Source: Candidatus Aenigmatarchaeota archaeon (GTDB lineage Archaea; Aenigmatarchaeota; Aenigmatarchaeia; CG10238-14; SCSR01). Taken from it: a stretch of 64,000 bases of DNA. Position 1 is the stretch's first letter; each line of letters begins with the position of its first letter. Shown here piece by piece: positions 28,927 to 38,628 of this stretch. Location: positions 13,634 through 77,633 of the forward strand of contig JACPJT010000001.1 in assembly GCA_016187415.1 (NCBI GenBank), read 5' to 3'. Below the pieces are notes generated by a model. That model saw only the letters and a program-made list of their open reading frames with translations, ran no database searches and was not told the DNA's origin. Made by a program: the position numbers and the translations under genes.

Positions 28927-29679
28927 TTACTCGCTATCAGATACTCTCGGTGCAAGGACAAATGACAAGCTAGCCTTGTCGCCTGATTTGAATTCCAATC
29001 TCATCGGATAATCCTGCCCCAGCCAGATAGTAACATTGTCTGCGATTTTAGCAGCCTTCATCATCTTCTTGAGATAATCCAGCGGATACCTTGATTTTAC
29101 TTCGCTTGCAGCTTCCAAATTCAAAAGATTTTCATTTCCGCGTTCAAGTTCCAGTTCGGCCTTGCTGACATCGCCTTCTGCGCGCATGACAAACTTGTCT
29201 TTCAAAGCCTCCATCATAACAGCATCTGAAATAACATCAGCGTCCTCTATTCCAGATTCCAAAATTTGCGGTTTTACTTCTACTTTGACTGGGAAGTCCA
29301 ATTGTTGTATCGGCGGTATTTCTTCCTGGCTTATATCAAGCAGTGGTATAACAAATCTCCTCTTGGATTTTCCCTCCAGCTTTATTTCAAGTTTTGATCC
29401 TTGCAGGTTGAGCGACATCTTGTCATCCGCACCAATCCTCTTCAATACAGACAACATGTTGGTGATATTTAGTCCGATCTTCTGGTCGGCATCTACCTGA
29501 AATTCGTCAAACGCACTGGAAGCCATTTTAAAATCGACTACAGCAACCATGGCCCTGTCGGCCGCAACAAGATTAATACCATCTTTTGTGATGTTGAATA
29601 CGCCTTCATCTATCAGTTCGCCGATGGTAGAAATGGCATTGACGAACAATTTCGCATCTGATAGTTTCGCGCTGAACAT
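28927..29679 (-). CDS. pcn: DNA polymerase sliding clamp PCNA
   Basis: AADRAMVAVV, YPLDYL, DYPMRL, FVLAPR. Confidence 0.95.
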   Translation of the reverse strand: MFSAKLSDAKLFVNAISTIGELIDEGVFNITKDGINLVAADRAMVAVVDFKMASSAFDEFQVDADQKIGLNITNMLSVLKRIGADDKMSLNLQGSKLEIKLEGKSKRRFVIPLLDISQEEIPPIQQLDFPVKVEVKPQILESGIEDADVISDAVMMEALKDKFVMRAEGDVSKAELELERGNENLLNLEAASEVKSRYPLDYLKKMMKAAKIADNVTIWLGQDYPMRLEFKSGDKASLSFVLAPRVSDSE

Positions 29680-29976
29680 TTAGACACCCGATGAATTATA
29701 TAGACTATTAATCTTTTTAAATAGATCCAAGTCAAGTCCCTCCATATTCTGTACAAAATCCGCTTTCAATTTTTCATCCGCAACGGAGCAGAACACCCTG
29801 ACGACTCTGCCTTTTTCAGCATCATTCTCGCACGCTATTTCAATCTTGCCGGTGTCATCGGACAAAACAAATGAATTTTTGTACACATCGCTAACGACAC
29901 CCAAAATAGAGACCTTTATGTCGCTGGCCTTAATTTCGGAAATTCGTTTCGGGATATAGTGGTATGTTGGCATCAA
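29680..29976 (-). CDS. small OB-fold protein (RPA14/RPA3-like)
   Basis: KVSILGVV, FVLSDDTGKI, C-terminal helix DLDLFKK. Confidence 0.7.
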   Translation of the reverse strand: MMPTYHYIPKRISEIKASDIKVSILGVVSDVYKNSFVLSDDTGKIEIACENDAEKGRVVRVFCSVADEKLKADFVQNMEGLDLDLFKKINSLYNSSGV

Positions 29977-30005
29977 TCTAAGTTCCTAGTCGAAAACTTA
30001 AATAA

Positions 30006-30332
30006 TCAACTGTAGCTTCGCCAGCTATAGCCGCATTTGGTGCATCTGTAAAACATTGTCGGAGGCTCGTCTGCCGACCTCGTCTGCTGCATCCACCAGT
30101 ATGCTTCCATATGTTCGCATTGCGGGCAGATTATTTTCGTCTTTGGCAATTCGGAGAACTGGTCCTTTTCAGTCATTACAATAATTTTTTTCTTCGAGTC
30201 GGAGACGTTTGAAGAAATCCTCAGTTTCTCTCCCTTTTTGTATACTCTTTTGCATTTTCTGCATGTAAGATAAACGTTCTTCCTTTTCCTTTCAATTACG
30301 AGCAGATTGCCGCATTTTTCGCAGAATTGCAT
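30006..30332 (-). CDS. tfs: transcription factor S / RpoM
   Basis: FCEKCG, CPQC, QTRSADEPPT.FYRCTKC. Confidence 0.95.
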   Translation of the reverse strand: MQFCEKCGNLLVIERKRKNVYLTCRKCKRVYKKGEKLRISSNVSDSKKKIIVMTEKDQFSELPKTKIICPQCEHMEAYWWMQQTRSADEPPTMFYRCTKCGYSWRSYS

Positions 30333-30896
30333 TTATACACCACTCAGTCTATTCAATATTACCTTAAAATAACCAATTTTGGGTATTATAAAGATTACCT
30401 TGCCTTTTATCTGTTCTGGTTTTACGCTCTGCTCATAACTAAGCTGCCCCAAGTTGTTGTCACCCTTTGTTTGGTATGTCCCATCATCATTGATTTTTAT
30501 TATCCTGTGAATTATCGGCGCGCTTACGCCGTTTACAGAATAAACGATCACATCACCGACCTCATACTTTTGATTTTCACTAGGGCCGGCCAGTGAGAAG
30601 AGTCCTGTGAACGGTTTGCCACCTTCGACTATGGGCATATCACCCACGTTAAAGCCGTTCGAGTCCGGCCACGATTCTATATAGCTCCTGTTATAACCCA
30701 GATTTTTCCCCAACCACTGATAATATGTCACTTCGGGGTTGGTGTGTTCCATAGAGCTGCTCACAACCGCCACGACCGGCGTGCTTGAGGACAGGACACC
30801 GGCTAAGATAACATAATAGAAAATGACGGCTGCCAGAAACCCGAGTAGTATGTTTCCCCACCATTTTTCTGTCAATATCTTTGGTATTATTCTCAT
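30333..30896 (-). CDS. sec11: signal peptidase I (Sec11 type)
   Basis: VVSSSMEH, GDVIVY, PIIHRII, TKGDNN. Confidence 0.9.
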   Translation of the reverse strand: MRIIPKILTEKWWGNILLGFLAAVIFYYVILAGVLSSSTPVVAVVSSSMEHTNPEVTYYQWLGKNLGYNRSYIESWPDSNGFNVGDMPIVEGGKPFTGLFSLAGPSENQKYEVGDVIVYSVNGVSAPIIHRIIKINDDGTYQTKGDNNLGQLSYEQSVKPEQIKGKVIFIIPKIGYFKVILNRLSGV

Positions 30897-31474
30897 GCCC
30901 TTCCACTGCTTTCTCCTTTTACTATCGCACCGGCAATCATGTGCGCCACCCGCAGAGGTTCGGGTATGTCGCCGTGCGTTGTACTCAATCGGATCAAGTC
31001 CTCAGCTTCCGAATCCTCCAATCCAATAGTCTGATAATATACCTTTTTATCGCTTTTAATACTACAGACCTTTATTTCCCCTGCATTTAAAAGCATTTCC
31101 CACCGTTCATTAAAGTCGGCAAAATTCTTTTCCAATGCTTCCTTGACAGAAGGCAAATTGGGGTGTTTTCTGTTTATGACGATAATCGGTATATTCGTTT
31201 CTTCGTAAAGTCTTTTGATGTCTATTATGTTGAAACCGCCAAGTGTTATGCCGTCAAACATCATAACTTTTAGCTGCGGCTTGTGCTTGGACTTGTTGAT
31301 GAGGGCGGCCAATTTTTCCGTTGCATCCAGTCCATCGACCTCAACGTCTGTCTTAAGAGCGCCATCAAGAAAACTGCCGCCGCGATAGATTATGCCAATT
31401 ATGGAAACCTTCTTGTCAGTTCGTTTAAACGGCGAATCGTCGAACCCCAGTATCCTGACTTCGGACTTGAACAT
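30893..31474 (-). CDS. DUF99 family (endonuclease V-like) protein
   Basis: RILGFDDSPF, VDGLDAT, DGITLGGFNIID, PEPLRVAH. Confidence 0.9.
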   Translation of the reverse strand: MFKSEVRILGFDDSPFKRTDKKVSIIGIIYRGGSFLDGALKTDVEVDGLDATEKLAALINKSKHKPQLKVMMFDGITLGGFNIIDIKRLYEETNIPIIVINRKHPNLPSVKEALEKNFADFNERWEMLLNAGEIKVCSIKSDKKVYYQTIGLEDSEAEDLIRLSTTHGDIPEPLRVAHMIAGAIVKGESSGRA

Positions 31475-31532
31475 GGTATGATTATAAAGATTGCACAAGG
31501 ATATTTAAACCTAACACCGAAATTATAGAGTT

Positions 31533-31706
31533 ATGGTAAAGAAACTTGCCCCAGAAGCCATGGGAAGATTGTATAACAGGGTGTATGTTTGCAAAGTGTG
31601 CTCAAGTAAGATCAGGGCAGATCCAACAAAGGTAAGGCACGGCAAAGTCAAGTGCAGGAGCTGCAGGTCTACAATGTTGCGCCCGAAAAGAAAGCCTTTG
31701 GTGTAA
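31533..31706 (+). CDS. rpl40e: 50S ribosomal protein L40e
   Basis: 57 aa, PEAMGRLYNRVYVCKVCSSKIR...KCRSCRSTMLRPKRK; missed by ORF track. Confidence 0.88.
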   Translation: MVKKLAPEAMGRLYNRVYVCKVCSSKIRADPTKVRHGKVKCRSCRSTMLRPKRKPLV

Positions 31707-31709
31707 TCA

Positions 31710-31991
31710 ATGGAGAGCAAACTCATTGAAAAATGGGAGAATTCTGGATTGAGGCCAAGCACTTTTGAGTTCTTTACAAACAGGTCGGACTTGGTGATTG
31801 GGAAGCTTCCGAATCAGGATGCCGAAGTGGAATATGTGTGCCCGTATTGTCAATTCTATGAAATCAAGACTGTGCCGATGGAAAAGGGAACTACAAAAAG
31901 CGGCAAGACGAGCAAAAAGTTTAGCAGGCCTGAGTTCCCCTGTTCAAAGTGCAGTAGGGTAATCAAAGTGACTCCACTAAAGCAGAAATAA
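31710..31991 (+). CDS. Zn-ribbon hypothetical protein
   Basis: CPYC ... CSKC; follows rpl40e by 3 nt. Confidence 0.75.
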   Translation: MESKLIEKWENSGLRPSTFEFFTNRSDLVIGKLPNQDAEVEYVCPYCQFYEIKTVPMEKGTTKSGKTSKKFSRPEFPCSKCSRVIKVTPLKQK

Positions 31992-32022
31992 ATTAAAACC
32001 TACTTCTTATATAATAATGAGT

Positions 32023-32113
32023 GCTCAGGTGGCAGAACGGCTATGCAGACTAGATTATCTAGGCAGAAGCGCCTGCAGAGCGTCGCAAGCGAGTTCGACT
32101 CTCGCCCTGAGCT
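32023..32113 (+). tRNA. tRNA-Cys(GCA) with 20-nt intron at position 27/28 (32049..32068)
   Basis: GCTCAGG/CCTGAGC acceptor; removing the intron gives GGCGC-CTGCAGA-GCGTC; BHB-like AGA/AAG bulges; immediately upstream of cysS. Confidence 0.88.
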
Positions 32114-32147
32114 CAATAATTTAATTTAAAACCGTCAATTACTCATA

Positions 32148-33587
32148 ATGGCATTGAAGCTTTTCAACACCTTGACCAGAAAAAAAGAAACTTTCAAGCC
32201 CCTCAAAGACAGGCAGGTCAAACTGTATACTTGCGGTCCGACTGTTTACGATTATGCGCACATCGGCAATATGCGAGCTTATGTCTGGGAAGATTTGTTA
32301 AGACGAGTTCTCGAATTCAACAAGTTCAAGGTGACTCATGTGATGAACATAACAGACGTCGGACATCTGACTTCAGATCAGGATACAGGCGAAGACAAGA
32401 TGGAAGTAGGCGCCAAAAGAGAACATAAGAGTGCGTGGGAAATCGCGGAATTTTACACAAAGGAATTCATCAAGGACATTGAAAAATTGCACATCTTAAA
32501 GCCGCATATTGCCCCGAAAGCAACAGACCATATACAGGAACAGATAGAACTAATTAAAATTTTGGAAAAGAAAGGTCACACTTACATAATTTCCGACGGT
32601 GTTTATTTTGACACTTCGAAATTGAAGGATTACGGCAAGCTCGCAAGACTAAATGTAGAAGGGCTGAAAGCTGGCGCAAGAGTTGAGATGGCCGAGGGAA
32701 AAAGAAATCCTACAGATTTTGCCCTTTGGAAATTCTCACCAAAGGATCAGCACAGGCAGATGGAATGGGGGTCGCCTTGGGGCACCGGATTTCCGGGATG
32801 GCACATAGAATGCAGCGCAATGAGCATGAAATATCTCGGCACTACTTTCGACATTCATACAGGCGGCGTTGATCACATACCGGTTCATCATACAAACGAG
32901 ATTGCACAATCGGAAGCGGCAACCGGGAAAAAATTTGTAAATTATTGGCTGCACTGCAATCACTTGATTGTTGACGGAGAGAAGATGTCCAAGTCTCTAG
33001 GAAATTTCTACAGACTTAAAGACATAACAGACAGAAATTACAAGCCTATACATTTGAGATACTTTTACACCAATTCCAATTATAGAAGCCAGTTGAATTT
33101 CACATTCAAAGGACTAGACTCGGCTAAGAAAACAGTAGAAGGATTGTTTGATTTTGTCAGGAAGCTGAAGGATATTCAAGGGAACAAGGACAATCCAAAA
33201 GTCTCCGCGTTAATTAAAAAATTCAGAAAACAATTTCTTGTCGGAATAGACGACGATCTTAACTTCCCTAAAGCTCTGGCTTCCATGTTCGATTTTATCA
33301 GAACCGCTAACAAACTGATCGCTCAAAATAAAATTAGCAGGAAAAACGCAGAGACTATAATAAAGTTGATGATCGAGGTGGATAACATATTAGGTTTGGG
33401 TTTCATCGATTTGATTGAAGAGAAAAGGGAGATGCCCAAAGAAGTTCTTGATTTGATTAGAAAAAGAGAATCTGCTAGAAAGTTAGGCGACTTTGCAACA
33501 GCAGACGATATAAGGAATGAAATCCGGGACAGATTCAACATTGTCATAGAAGATACCAAAGACGGTCTCAAGTGGAGATTTGCTTAA
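32148..33587 (+). CDS. cysS: cysteinyl-tRNA synthetase
   Basis: [25 protein letters not shown]. Confidence 0.97.
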   Translation: MALKLFNTLTRKKETFKPLKDRQVKLYTCGPTVYDYAHIGNMRAYVWEDLLRRVLEFNKFKVTHVMNITDVGHLTSDQDTGEDKMEVGAKREHKSAWEIAEFYTKEFIKDIEKLHILKPHIAPKATDHIQEQIELIKILEKKGHTYIISDGVYFDTSKLKDYGKLARLNVEGLKAGARVEMAEGKRNPTDFALWKFSPKDQHRQMEWGSPWGTGFPGWHIECSAMSMKYLGTTFDIHTGGVDHIPVHHTNEIAQSEAATGKKFVNYWLHCNHLIVDGEKMSKSLGNFYRLKDITDRNYKPIHLRYFYTNSNYRSQLNFTFKGLDSAKKTVEGLFDFVRKLKDIQGNKDNPKVSALIKKFRKQFLVGIDDDLNFPKALASMFDFIRTANKLIAQNKISRKNAETIIKLMIEVDNILGLGFIDLIEEKREMPKEVLDLIRKRESARKLGDFATADDIRNEIRDRFNIVIEDTKDGLKWRFA

Positions 33588-33614
33588 TAAGCTTTTCCCA
33601 ACAAATATAATTCA

Positions 33615-33938
33615 ATGGCTGTTAAGGTAGTTACTCACATACCAGTTCTCGGTCCTGACGGTAAACCCTGCGGAAAAGTGACTTATGACGGAAGGCGATT
33701 CGACTATAGAGATTCTGGGAATCTTTATGACGTTTTTGATGAAGATTCTCCATATGGAAGGAGAAACACGCGAAGAGTGTTTAAGGAATTGACAGATCGC
33801 GGTCATATGCCATTGGCTGTTGCAAGTGGATTGGCACCTTATGCTTTACACCGAAGATGGGAACTGGCATTACAACAATTACGTAAAGATTTACCAGAAG
33901 CATCAGAGGAAACTTTGTCTTCTAGAATTACATGGTAG
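33615..33938 (+). CDS. hypothetical protein
   Basis: 107-aa ORF filling the cysS-primase gap. Confidence 0.5.
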   Translation: MAVKVVTHIPVLGPDGKPCGKVTYDGRRFDYRDSGNLYDVFDEDSPYGRRNTRRVFKELTDRGHMPLAVASGLAPYALHRRWELALQQLRKDLPEASEETLSSRITW

Positions 33939-34004
33939 TTCAACCAATTTAAATCCTTCCTTTCAATATAATTTCGAGGAGTCTAACTTCTCAAGGCAAT
34001 TCCC

Positions 34005-35291
34005 ATGGTGGATTTTAAAAAAGTTTGGTCTTGGTATTCTAGAGAGTCCGTCCAGAAGGCTATTCTGGAAGTTGCAAAGAATCGCGAGGTTGCTTCCGTT
34101 TTTCAGGATGGTTCTTTTGGTAAGCGTCCGAATGTAGTGCAGTATCCGGCAGATGTGCTTCAGGCCGTTTCGGATGGTTCGATTTCATTTCATGGTTCTG
34201 TTGAGCAGTGGTCCAATCCTATGGGATTGGAAGTCGGCATGCCCAAAGGGGACTTGGACAAGTTGAGAATCGGTTGGAGTCTGTTAATCGACCCTGATGT
34301 AAAGGATTTTGAAATCGGAAAACTGGTTACAAAGGAAATACTGCAGACATTGGAAAATTTCGGCGTCAAAAGCTATTCTGTAAAATTCACAGGTGGCAAA
34401 GGATTTCACATCGGCGTGCCATTCGAGTCCCTTCCCGAAAGGGTCAACCTTCAGCCTACGAATGCATTGTATCCATCCTTGGCGCAGACATTGATAGAAT
34501 ACATCAAGTGGTATTCAAAAGATTCGCTGAAAGAAAAATTACTCGCGTTGGATGAACCAGAAAATCTGGCCAAAAGAATAGGCAAGTCACTAAAGGAAAT
34601 TGTAACAGAAAACGAGTTAGACCCCTACAAAGTTATCTCGATGGATATTTTCGGATCGCGCCATTTGTTCCGGTTGCCATATTCATTGCACGAGTCATCG
34701 CTGTTGGTGAGTCTCCCGATAAAGCCGGAAAGGATTGACAAGTTCCAAAAAGATGATGCGAAAATTGAATCGGCGAAAGTTGAAGAGAGGTTCTTGATTC
34801 CGAAAGAAAGGAATGACGCGGAAGGTTTTTTGGTCGAGGCTATGGACTGGGCCAGCAAGTATAAAGTTGAAATCAAAGAGCATGTTCCCCAGATGAAGAA
34901 ATTCCTCAGGGTTAGGGAAATCTCAGAATCGCTGTTCCCCCCTTGCATTACGCATTTGCTTCAGACTGGTTTGGGCGACGGCAAAAAACGTGCGCTATTC
35001 ATTTTGATTACGTTTCTAAGGAACATGGGGTGGTCGGATGAAAAAATCCAGGACAGGATATTCGAGTGGAACGAGAAGAATGTCCCGCCTCTCAGGTCGA
35101 ATTATCTGCGTTCCCAGCTCAGGTGGCATTTCAGGCAGGACAGGAACCTTCTTCCGCCAAACTGCGAAAATGATGTTTTCTACAAGCAGATTGGACTGTA
35201 TGACATTTGTTGCAAGGAGATAAACCATTCCACTGTCAAGAATCCGGTTAATGTGCCGTTGAGAAGACTGCGGGACAGAAGGCCTAAATAG
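34005..35291 (+). CDS. priSL: fused DNA primase PriS-PriL
   Basis: N-terminal AEP motifs (LIDPD, KFTGGKGFHI, HLFRLPYSLH) fused to PriL-CTD (FPPCI, DGKKRALF, PPNC). Confidence 0.9.
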   Translation: MVDFKKVWSWYSRESVQKAILEVAKNREVASVFQDGSFGKRPNVVQYPADVLQAVSDGSISFHGSVEQWSNPMGLEVGMPKGDLDKLRIGWSLLIDPDVKDFEIGKLVTKEILQTLENFGVKSYSVKFTGGKGFHIGVPFESLPERVNLQPTNALYPSLAQTLIEYIKWYSKDSLKEKLLALDEPENLAKRIGKSLKEIVTENELDPYKVISMDIFGSRHLFRLPYSLHESSLLVSLPIKPERIDKFQKDDAKIESAKVEERFLIPKERNDAEGFLVEAMDWASKYKVEIKEHVPQMKKFLRVREISESLFPPCITHLLQTGLGDGKKRALFILITFLRNMGWSDEKIQDRIFEWNEKNVPPLRSNYLRSQLRWHFRQDRNLLPPNCENDVFYKQIGLYDICCKEINHSTVKNPVNVPLRRLRDRRPK

Positions 35292-35356
35292 TCGACTCTG
35301 ACTAACAGGATGCCATTAGGTTATTAATCTTTTCATTTAATCTATAATTGTCGCAT

Positions 35357-35884
35357 ATGCCAGAAGAGACCATAACCTTCGAACTAATAAGGAAAATACA
35401 GCTCGACGAACAGAACACGTCCACTTTGACGCGGCTGCCTGTCAACTTTTTTCTTGCAATATCCAATTATCTGGAGCAAAAGAAAAGGCTGGTCGCAGGC
35501 GACAACAGAAAAGATGCACTGGAAATAAAGACGATAGAAAGGCTGGTGGAAGACATTTACAACAGGAGAGAGAGAAAAATAATCAATGCCGCCATCATAT
35601 CTGCTCGAAGCGGTCTGCCTCCAGAAAATCTTATAGACGAAGAAAAGCCATTTTACAATTCCATCGTAGCCACGATAAAGAATAGGAGAACAGACTTGCT
35701 AAAGACGATAATGGGCGTAAAATCTGCGGCATCACCAACAGTAGTCTTCAAGGAAGACACGCCGGAATTTGTAGGCATCGATGAAAAGACATACGGCCCA
35801 TTTAAGGTCGGCGATACGGCACTATTGCCTTATGACAATATGAAGATACTGCTTGAAAGAGGCGTGGTAGAGGAAGCTAAATAA
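35357..35884 (+). CDS. GINS complex subunit (Gins15/51 type)
   Basis: RRERKII A-domain; PEFVGIDEKTYGPF B-domain; conserved priS-GINS-L44e-S27e order. Confidence 0.88.
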   Translation: MPEETITFELIRKIQLDEQNTSTLTRLPVNFFLAISNYLEQKKRLVAGDNRKDALEIKTIERLVEDIYNRRERKIINAAIISARSGLPPENLIDEEKPFYNSIVATIKNRRTDLLKTIMGVKSAASPTVVFKEDTPEFVGIDEKTYGPFKVGDTALLPYDNMKILLERGVVEEAK

Positions 35885-35915
35885 ACTTTTAAACTAAACG
35901 TTCTAATTGATTAAA

Positions 35916-36197
35916 ATGAAATTCCCAAAAGTCATGCGAACATATTGTCCGAAATGCAACAAGCACACTGTCCACGAAGTGGAGATGGTAAAGAAAAAGT
36001 CAAGAAGAACAATGGCTCAGGGGCAGAGAAGGTTCAACAGGAAGCTCAAAGGTTATGGCAGTTTTCCAAGGCCTCAGCCGGACTATGAAAAATCGACCAA
36101 GAAAATCGACTTAAGGTACAAATGCACAGTATGCGGTAAGAAACATATGCGCGGTCAGGGTTGGAGAGCCAAGAAATTCGAATTTGTTAAAAAGTGA
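35916..36197 (+). CDS. rpl44e: 50S ribosomal protein L44e
   Basis: [26 protein letters not shown]. Confidence 0.95.
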   Translation: MKFPKVMRTYCPKCNKHTVHEVEMVKKKSRRTMAQGQRRFNRKLKGYGSFPRPQPDYEKSTKKIDLRYKCTVCGKKHMRGQGWRAKKFEFVKK

Positions 36198-36201
36198 TTT
36201 G

Positions 36202-36390
36202 ATGAAAGAAACATTACAGATGCCCAAAGGCAAATTTTTAAGGGTGTCCTGCAGAAAGTGCAGGAACGAACAGGTTGTGTTCAGCAAAGCATCTACCGTG
36301 GTAAAATGTCTCAAATGCGATGCGGAATTGGTTTCGCCTACAGGCGGCGAAGCCGAAGTCAAGGGCAAAATACTGCAGGCATTATCCTAA
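36202..36390 (+). CDS. rps27e: 30S ribosomal protein S27e
   Basis: FLRVSCRKCRNEQVVF, CLKC, PTGGEA. Confidence 0.95.
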   Translation: MKETLQMPKGKFLRVSCRKCRNEQVVFSKASTVVKCLKCDAELVSPTGGEAEVKGKILQALS

Positions 36391-36430
36391 GATTTAAATA
36401 CAAGTTCTGTCCAATAATCAATCGATAGCT

Positions 36431-36856
36431 ATGCCATGGGATTTATGGGATCCTTTCGAAGAAATAGAGAGAATGCGCAAAAAGATGCGGAAGCTCATGG
36501 AACGCTTCGGCGAAACCATGGAAGAAAAAACATACGGATTCCCGTTGGACATAAGCGAAACTGACGATGAACTAATTGTAAAAGCTGAATTGCCTGATTT
36601 TAACAAGGATGAGATTTCCATCAAGGCGTCTGAAAACAGTCTTGATATTTCTGCGTCCCGTAAGGAAAAGAAGATAGAGAAAACAGGGAAGGTATACAAA
36701 GCCGAAAAGAAGTTTGGCGGCGTAAGAAGATATGTGACATTGCCGGCACCAGTAAAGATTGATGATGTGCGAACCAGTTTTGATTCCGGTGTGCTCACGA
36801 TCAGACTCAAGAAAGCAAAAGCTGGAAAGAAAACCAAAGAAATAAAACTCAAGTAA
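36431..36856 (+). CDS. hsp20: small heat shock protein Hsp20
   Basis: WDPFEE, DISET, AELP, FDSGVLTIRL. Confidence 0.93.
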   Translation: MPWDLWDPFEEIERMRKKMRKLMERFGETMEEKTYGFPLDISETDDELIVKAELPDFNKDEISIKASENSLDISASRKEKKIEKTGKVYKAEKKFGGVRRYVTLPAPVKIDDVRTSFDSGVLTIRLKKAKAGKKTKEIKLK

Positions 36857-36893
36857 ACTTATCTTTTTTAACTCCCATATTCCATTAGATAGC

Positions 36894-37442
36894 ATGTTCT
36901 GGGACAAGAAATGTAAAGGTTGCAATAGTAAGATAAAATCCGAATGGGCGTTCTGTCCTAGTTGCGGTGTTCCTCTAAGAGAAACTAAAAAAGTTTCAAG
37001 CGAATTCGATAAGGAACCGATAGAAATTGGCAGGATGCCGGAGATGAATATACCGAACTTGATGTTCAAGCCGTTCATGAAAGACAAGGGGATAAGCATA
37101 ACGATAACGGCAGACAATAATGCGCCGCCAAGAATAGAGGTTGTCACATCCGGCGACCAACGCAAGCACCACCATCATGAAGCGAAACCGGTTAGATTGC
37201 CAAAAATCACGGAAGAACCGGAAATGAAAGTAGAGCAGGAACAGAACAAAGATGTCATAACATTAAACTTGCCTGATGTTAAAAGCCTGAATGATATCGA
37301 TATAAAACAGCTGGATCAAAGCATCGAAATAAAAGCATTCGCAGGCGACAAGGCGTACTTCAAGTTGATTCCTATTCCATCAAATGCAACCGTCAACAAT
37401 CAGTTTAAAGACGGTGTGTTGAAGATAGAAATCCAGAAATAA
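36894..37442 (+). CDS. Zn-ribbon + Hsp20-like domain protein
   Basis: CKGC..FCPSCG; EEPE; LPDVKS; FKDGVLKIEI. Confidence 0.8.
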   Translation: MFWDKKCKGCNSKIKSEWAFCPSCGVPLRETKKVSSEFDKEPIEIGRMPEMNIPNLMFKPFMKDKGISITITADNNAPPRIEVVTSGDQRKHHHHEAKPVRLPKITEEPEMKVEQEQNKDVITLNLPDVKSLNDIDIKQLDQSIEIKAFAGDKAYFKLIPIPSNATVNNQFKDGVLKIEIQK

Positions 37443-37463
37443 TTCTTATCGTATTTTTATACC

Positions 37464-38585
37464 TTAAAAAATCACATCAAGCGCTTTTTCTATTTCGTGC
37501 CATCCAACAGGATTGCTATAACCGCCCATTCCATTCTTTTGCAGAGAGCCAATTCCATTAGGAAGTACATAGTTAACAACACCACCTACTGTTTTTTTAT
37601 CATGTACCATAGGTCCCATGATATCACTTTTTGTGACAACATATCCAATTTGGCTTATTTTGGTTGGCAAGCCATATAGTTTGAGCAATGCAACAATTCG
37701 ACTAGCGTTATCACGTGACATAATTCCTCTCATCGCTGATAATTCGGTCGCGACCACTAACCCTAGGCCAACTGCCAAACCATGTTGTAAACCGTAATTA
37801 GTTGCTTTTTCAATTCCATGCCCAGTTGTATGACCGAGATTTAAACTTGTTCTGATATCTCTGGTTTCGCGAGGATCTTCTTTGACAACACTCACTTTCG
37901 TCTTTGCACTTTCATGAACAATAAACTCATACGTTTCTGGATTACGTGCGAACACTTTTTCATGAGACTGTTCGAGGAATTCAAATATGTCGGGACGAAA
38001 ACCCACACCATATTTAATCACTTCTCCCATACCATTGACAACTTCCTGGTTAGGAAGAGAAACAAGCAATTTGGGATCTAGGTATATCCTTCTTGGATTG
38101 TAGAAAACTCCTATCATATTTTTTCCAAACTCATCATCAACACCTGTCTTCCCACCGATTCCCGCATCAGTTTGACCAATAAAGGTCGTTGGGATGTTGA
38201 TGTATGGTATTCCGCGTTTGTATGTACCGGCGACATATCCTACAAGATCGCTGAGGGTCCCGCCACCGACAATTATTAAGCACGACCTCCTATCAAACTC
38301 TTCACGGTGGAGAAGTCTTCGTAGTTTGGCGGCAACTGTGTCGCGCTTTACCTCTTCGCCGTCCTTAATCGGTTCAAGTGTAACATTTAATCTTAGTTCT
38401 TTCATTCCTTCAAACAATGGTTCTCCATAGAGACCTGCAATGTCTTCACTAACAAAAATTTTATATTTATTTCCAAGCGGATAATTCTGAAGATGCGTTG
38501 GAACATCTTTGAGCATATCATATCCTGTAACCACATCGAACGATTCATCAAAGTAGACTGGTGAATGTGTAACTGGCATATTCAT
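37464..38585 (-). CDS. aroB: 3-dehydroquinate synthase
   Basis: GGGTLSDLVG, RGIPYINIPTT, DAGIGGKTG, EVIKYG, LNLGHTTGH, HDKK. Confidence 0.9.
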   Translation of the reverse strand: MNMPVTHSPVYFDESFDVVTGYDMLKDVPTHLQNYPLGNKYKIFVSEDIAGLYGEPLFEGMKELRLNVTLEPIKDGEEVKRDTVAAKLRRLLHREEFDRRSCLIIVGGGTLSDLVGYVAGTYKRGIPYINIPTTFIGQTDAGIGGKTGVDDEFGKNMIGVFYNPRRIYLDPKLLVSLPNQEVVNGMGEVIKYGVGFRPDIFEFLEQSHEKVFARNPETYEFIVHESAKTKVSVVKEDPRETRDIRTSLNLGHTTGHGIEKATNYGLQHGLAVGLGLVVATELSAMRGIMSRDNASRIVALLKLYGLPTKISQIGYVVTKSDIMGPMVHDKKTVGGVVNYVLPNGIGSLQKNGMGGYSNPVGWHEIEKALDVIF

Positions 38586-38628
38586 TGTACTTGTTGAAAA
38601 AGCTTAAATACCCAATTAAAAGATGTGA

